A stretch of DNA of 64,000 nt from NCBI RefSeq assembly GCF_037042905.1, contig NC_087252.1, positions 6,698,001 to 6,762,000 on the forward strand, in the 5' to 3' direction. The notes below the pieces were generated by a model. The model did not search any database. It saw only the letters and a program-made list of their open reading frames with translations, and was not told the DNA's origin. The stretch comes from Lytechinus pictus. Taxonomy: Eukaryota. The translations under genes and the position numbers were made by a program. Shown here piece by piece: positions 63,295 to 64,000 of this stretch; the first letter of the stretch is position 1; each line of letters starts with the position of its first letter.

Positions 63295-64000
63295 AATCAT
63301 CTTATTCATGTTGAACAGGCACAATAACATGATTGAGTCCTAGTTATGAAGATTTCATTTATCTTATGTTTGACAATGACAAGGTATTGAATAAAGAAAA
63401 CTTTATTTAGTTTGAAGGATTGTTGGGTCTTAGAATCTGTTATTCTTAAATGATTTTTGTTATTTTAAAATTATTGGGTCTGGAGGAACGACTACGCAAT
63501 TTCTCCATGTTAAAAAGACGAGAAAAATGAATATAAAAAAACGAAAAGAGAAATAAAAGAAGAAGGAAACGAAAAAAAGAGAAAAGAATTAGACATAAGA
63601 GAGAAGAAAAAAGAAAAGTAAGAAAAGAAAAGAACAAGAAAAAAGGAAAAGCATAAGAAAATAAAGAAAACAGAAAAAAGAAAGGAAACTAAAAGAAAAG
63701 AAAGTAAAAGAGGTGGGAAAAAAGAAAAGACAAAGAAAAAACAAAAGGAGATAAAAATGTAACAAAATGTGAAGGAAAAAAGAGAAAGTAAAATAGAAAA
63801 ATGATGCTGAAGAGAAAGAAGTGTCCATCCTCAAAAGGAAGGCTCCAAATCAAAGCAGTGGCAAAAACAGTCATTTTCTGACTGGTTGCCAACTCAACAC
63901 AAGAGAGAATTAGAAAAAGAAGAAGTTATTCAGCATTAATAAGATAGAGGGTCTTTGTTCCTTTTTTTCTTACTTCATTTCTTTTTTTATTGTAATTTTG

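Noticed and set aside
63446..63892. Phe/Leu-rich, TM-like ORFs
   Set aside because: They translate an A/G-rich low-complexity tract; no splice donor links them to paralog B.

Overview
AT-rich, intron-containing animal genomic DNA; the repeat families suggest an echinoderm such as a sea urchin (inference, not verified). Three things dominate. (1) Two tandem minus-strand paralogs of a receptor tyrosine kinase-like gene. Copy A (exons 218-27911: signal peptide, one V-type Ig domain, short stalk, TM, juxtamembrane, kinase N-lobe; continues off the left edge) is a pseudogene with three in-frame stops and no ATG. Copy B (exons 44525-51414, TM to C-terminus) is open but is a pseudokinase (VAIK to VAIR, alphaC Glu to Ala, HRD to HGA) with an ITAM/ITIM-like juxtamembrane motif; its ectodomain exons were not found in the window. 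(2) A young full-length Ty3/Gypsy retrotransposon (28009-37537, minus strand, ATAT TSD, tRNA-Leu PBS, intact gag-pol) inserted about 100 bp upstream of copy A. In the env position it carries a spliced-looking extra ORF encoding two C2H2 zinc fingers plus an Arg/Ser-rich domain, and its 3' LTR contains a 1.2-kb composite insertion. (3) Dense, often nested non-autonomous transposons: a 6.1-kb foldback inside a Helentron-like repeat, an Academ-like element, a self-nested inverted element, many MITEs, LINE fragments and a tRNA-derived SINE. All exon models, translations and identity estimates were made by eye.
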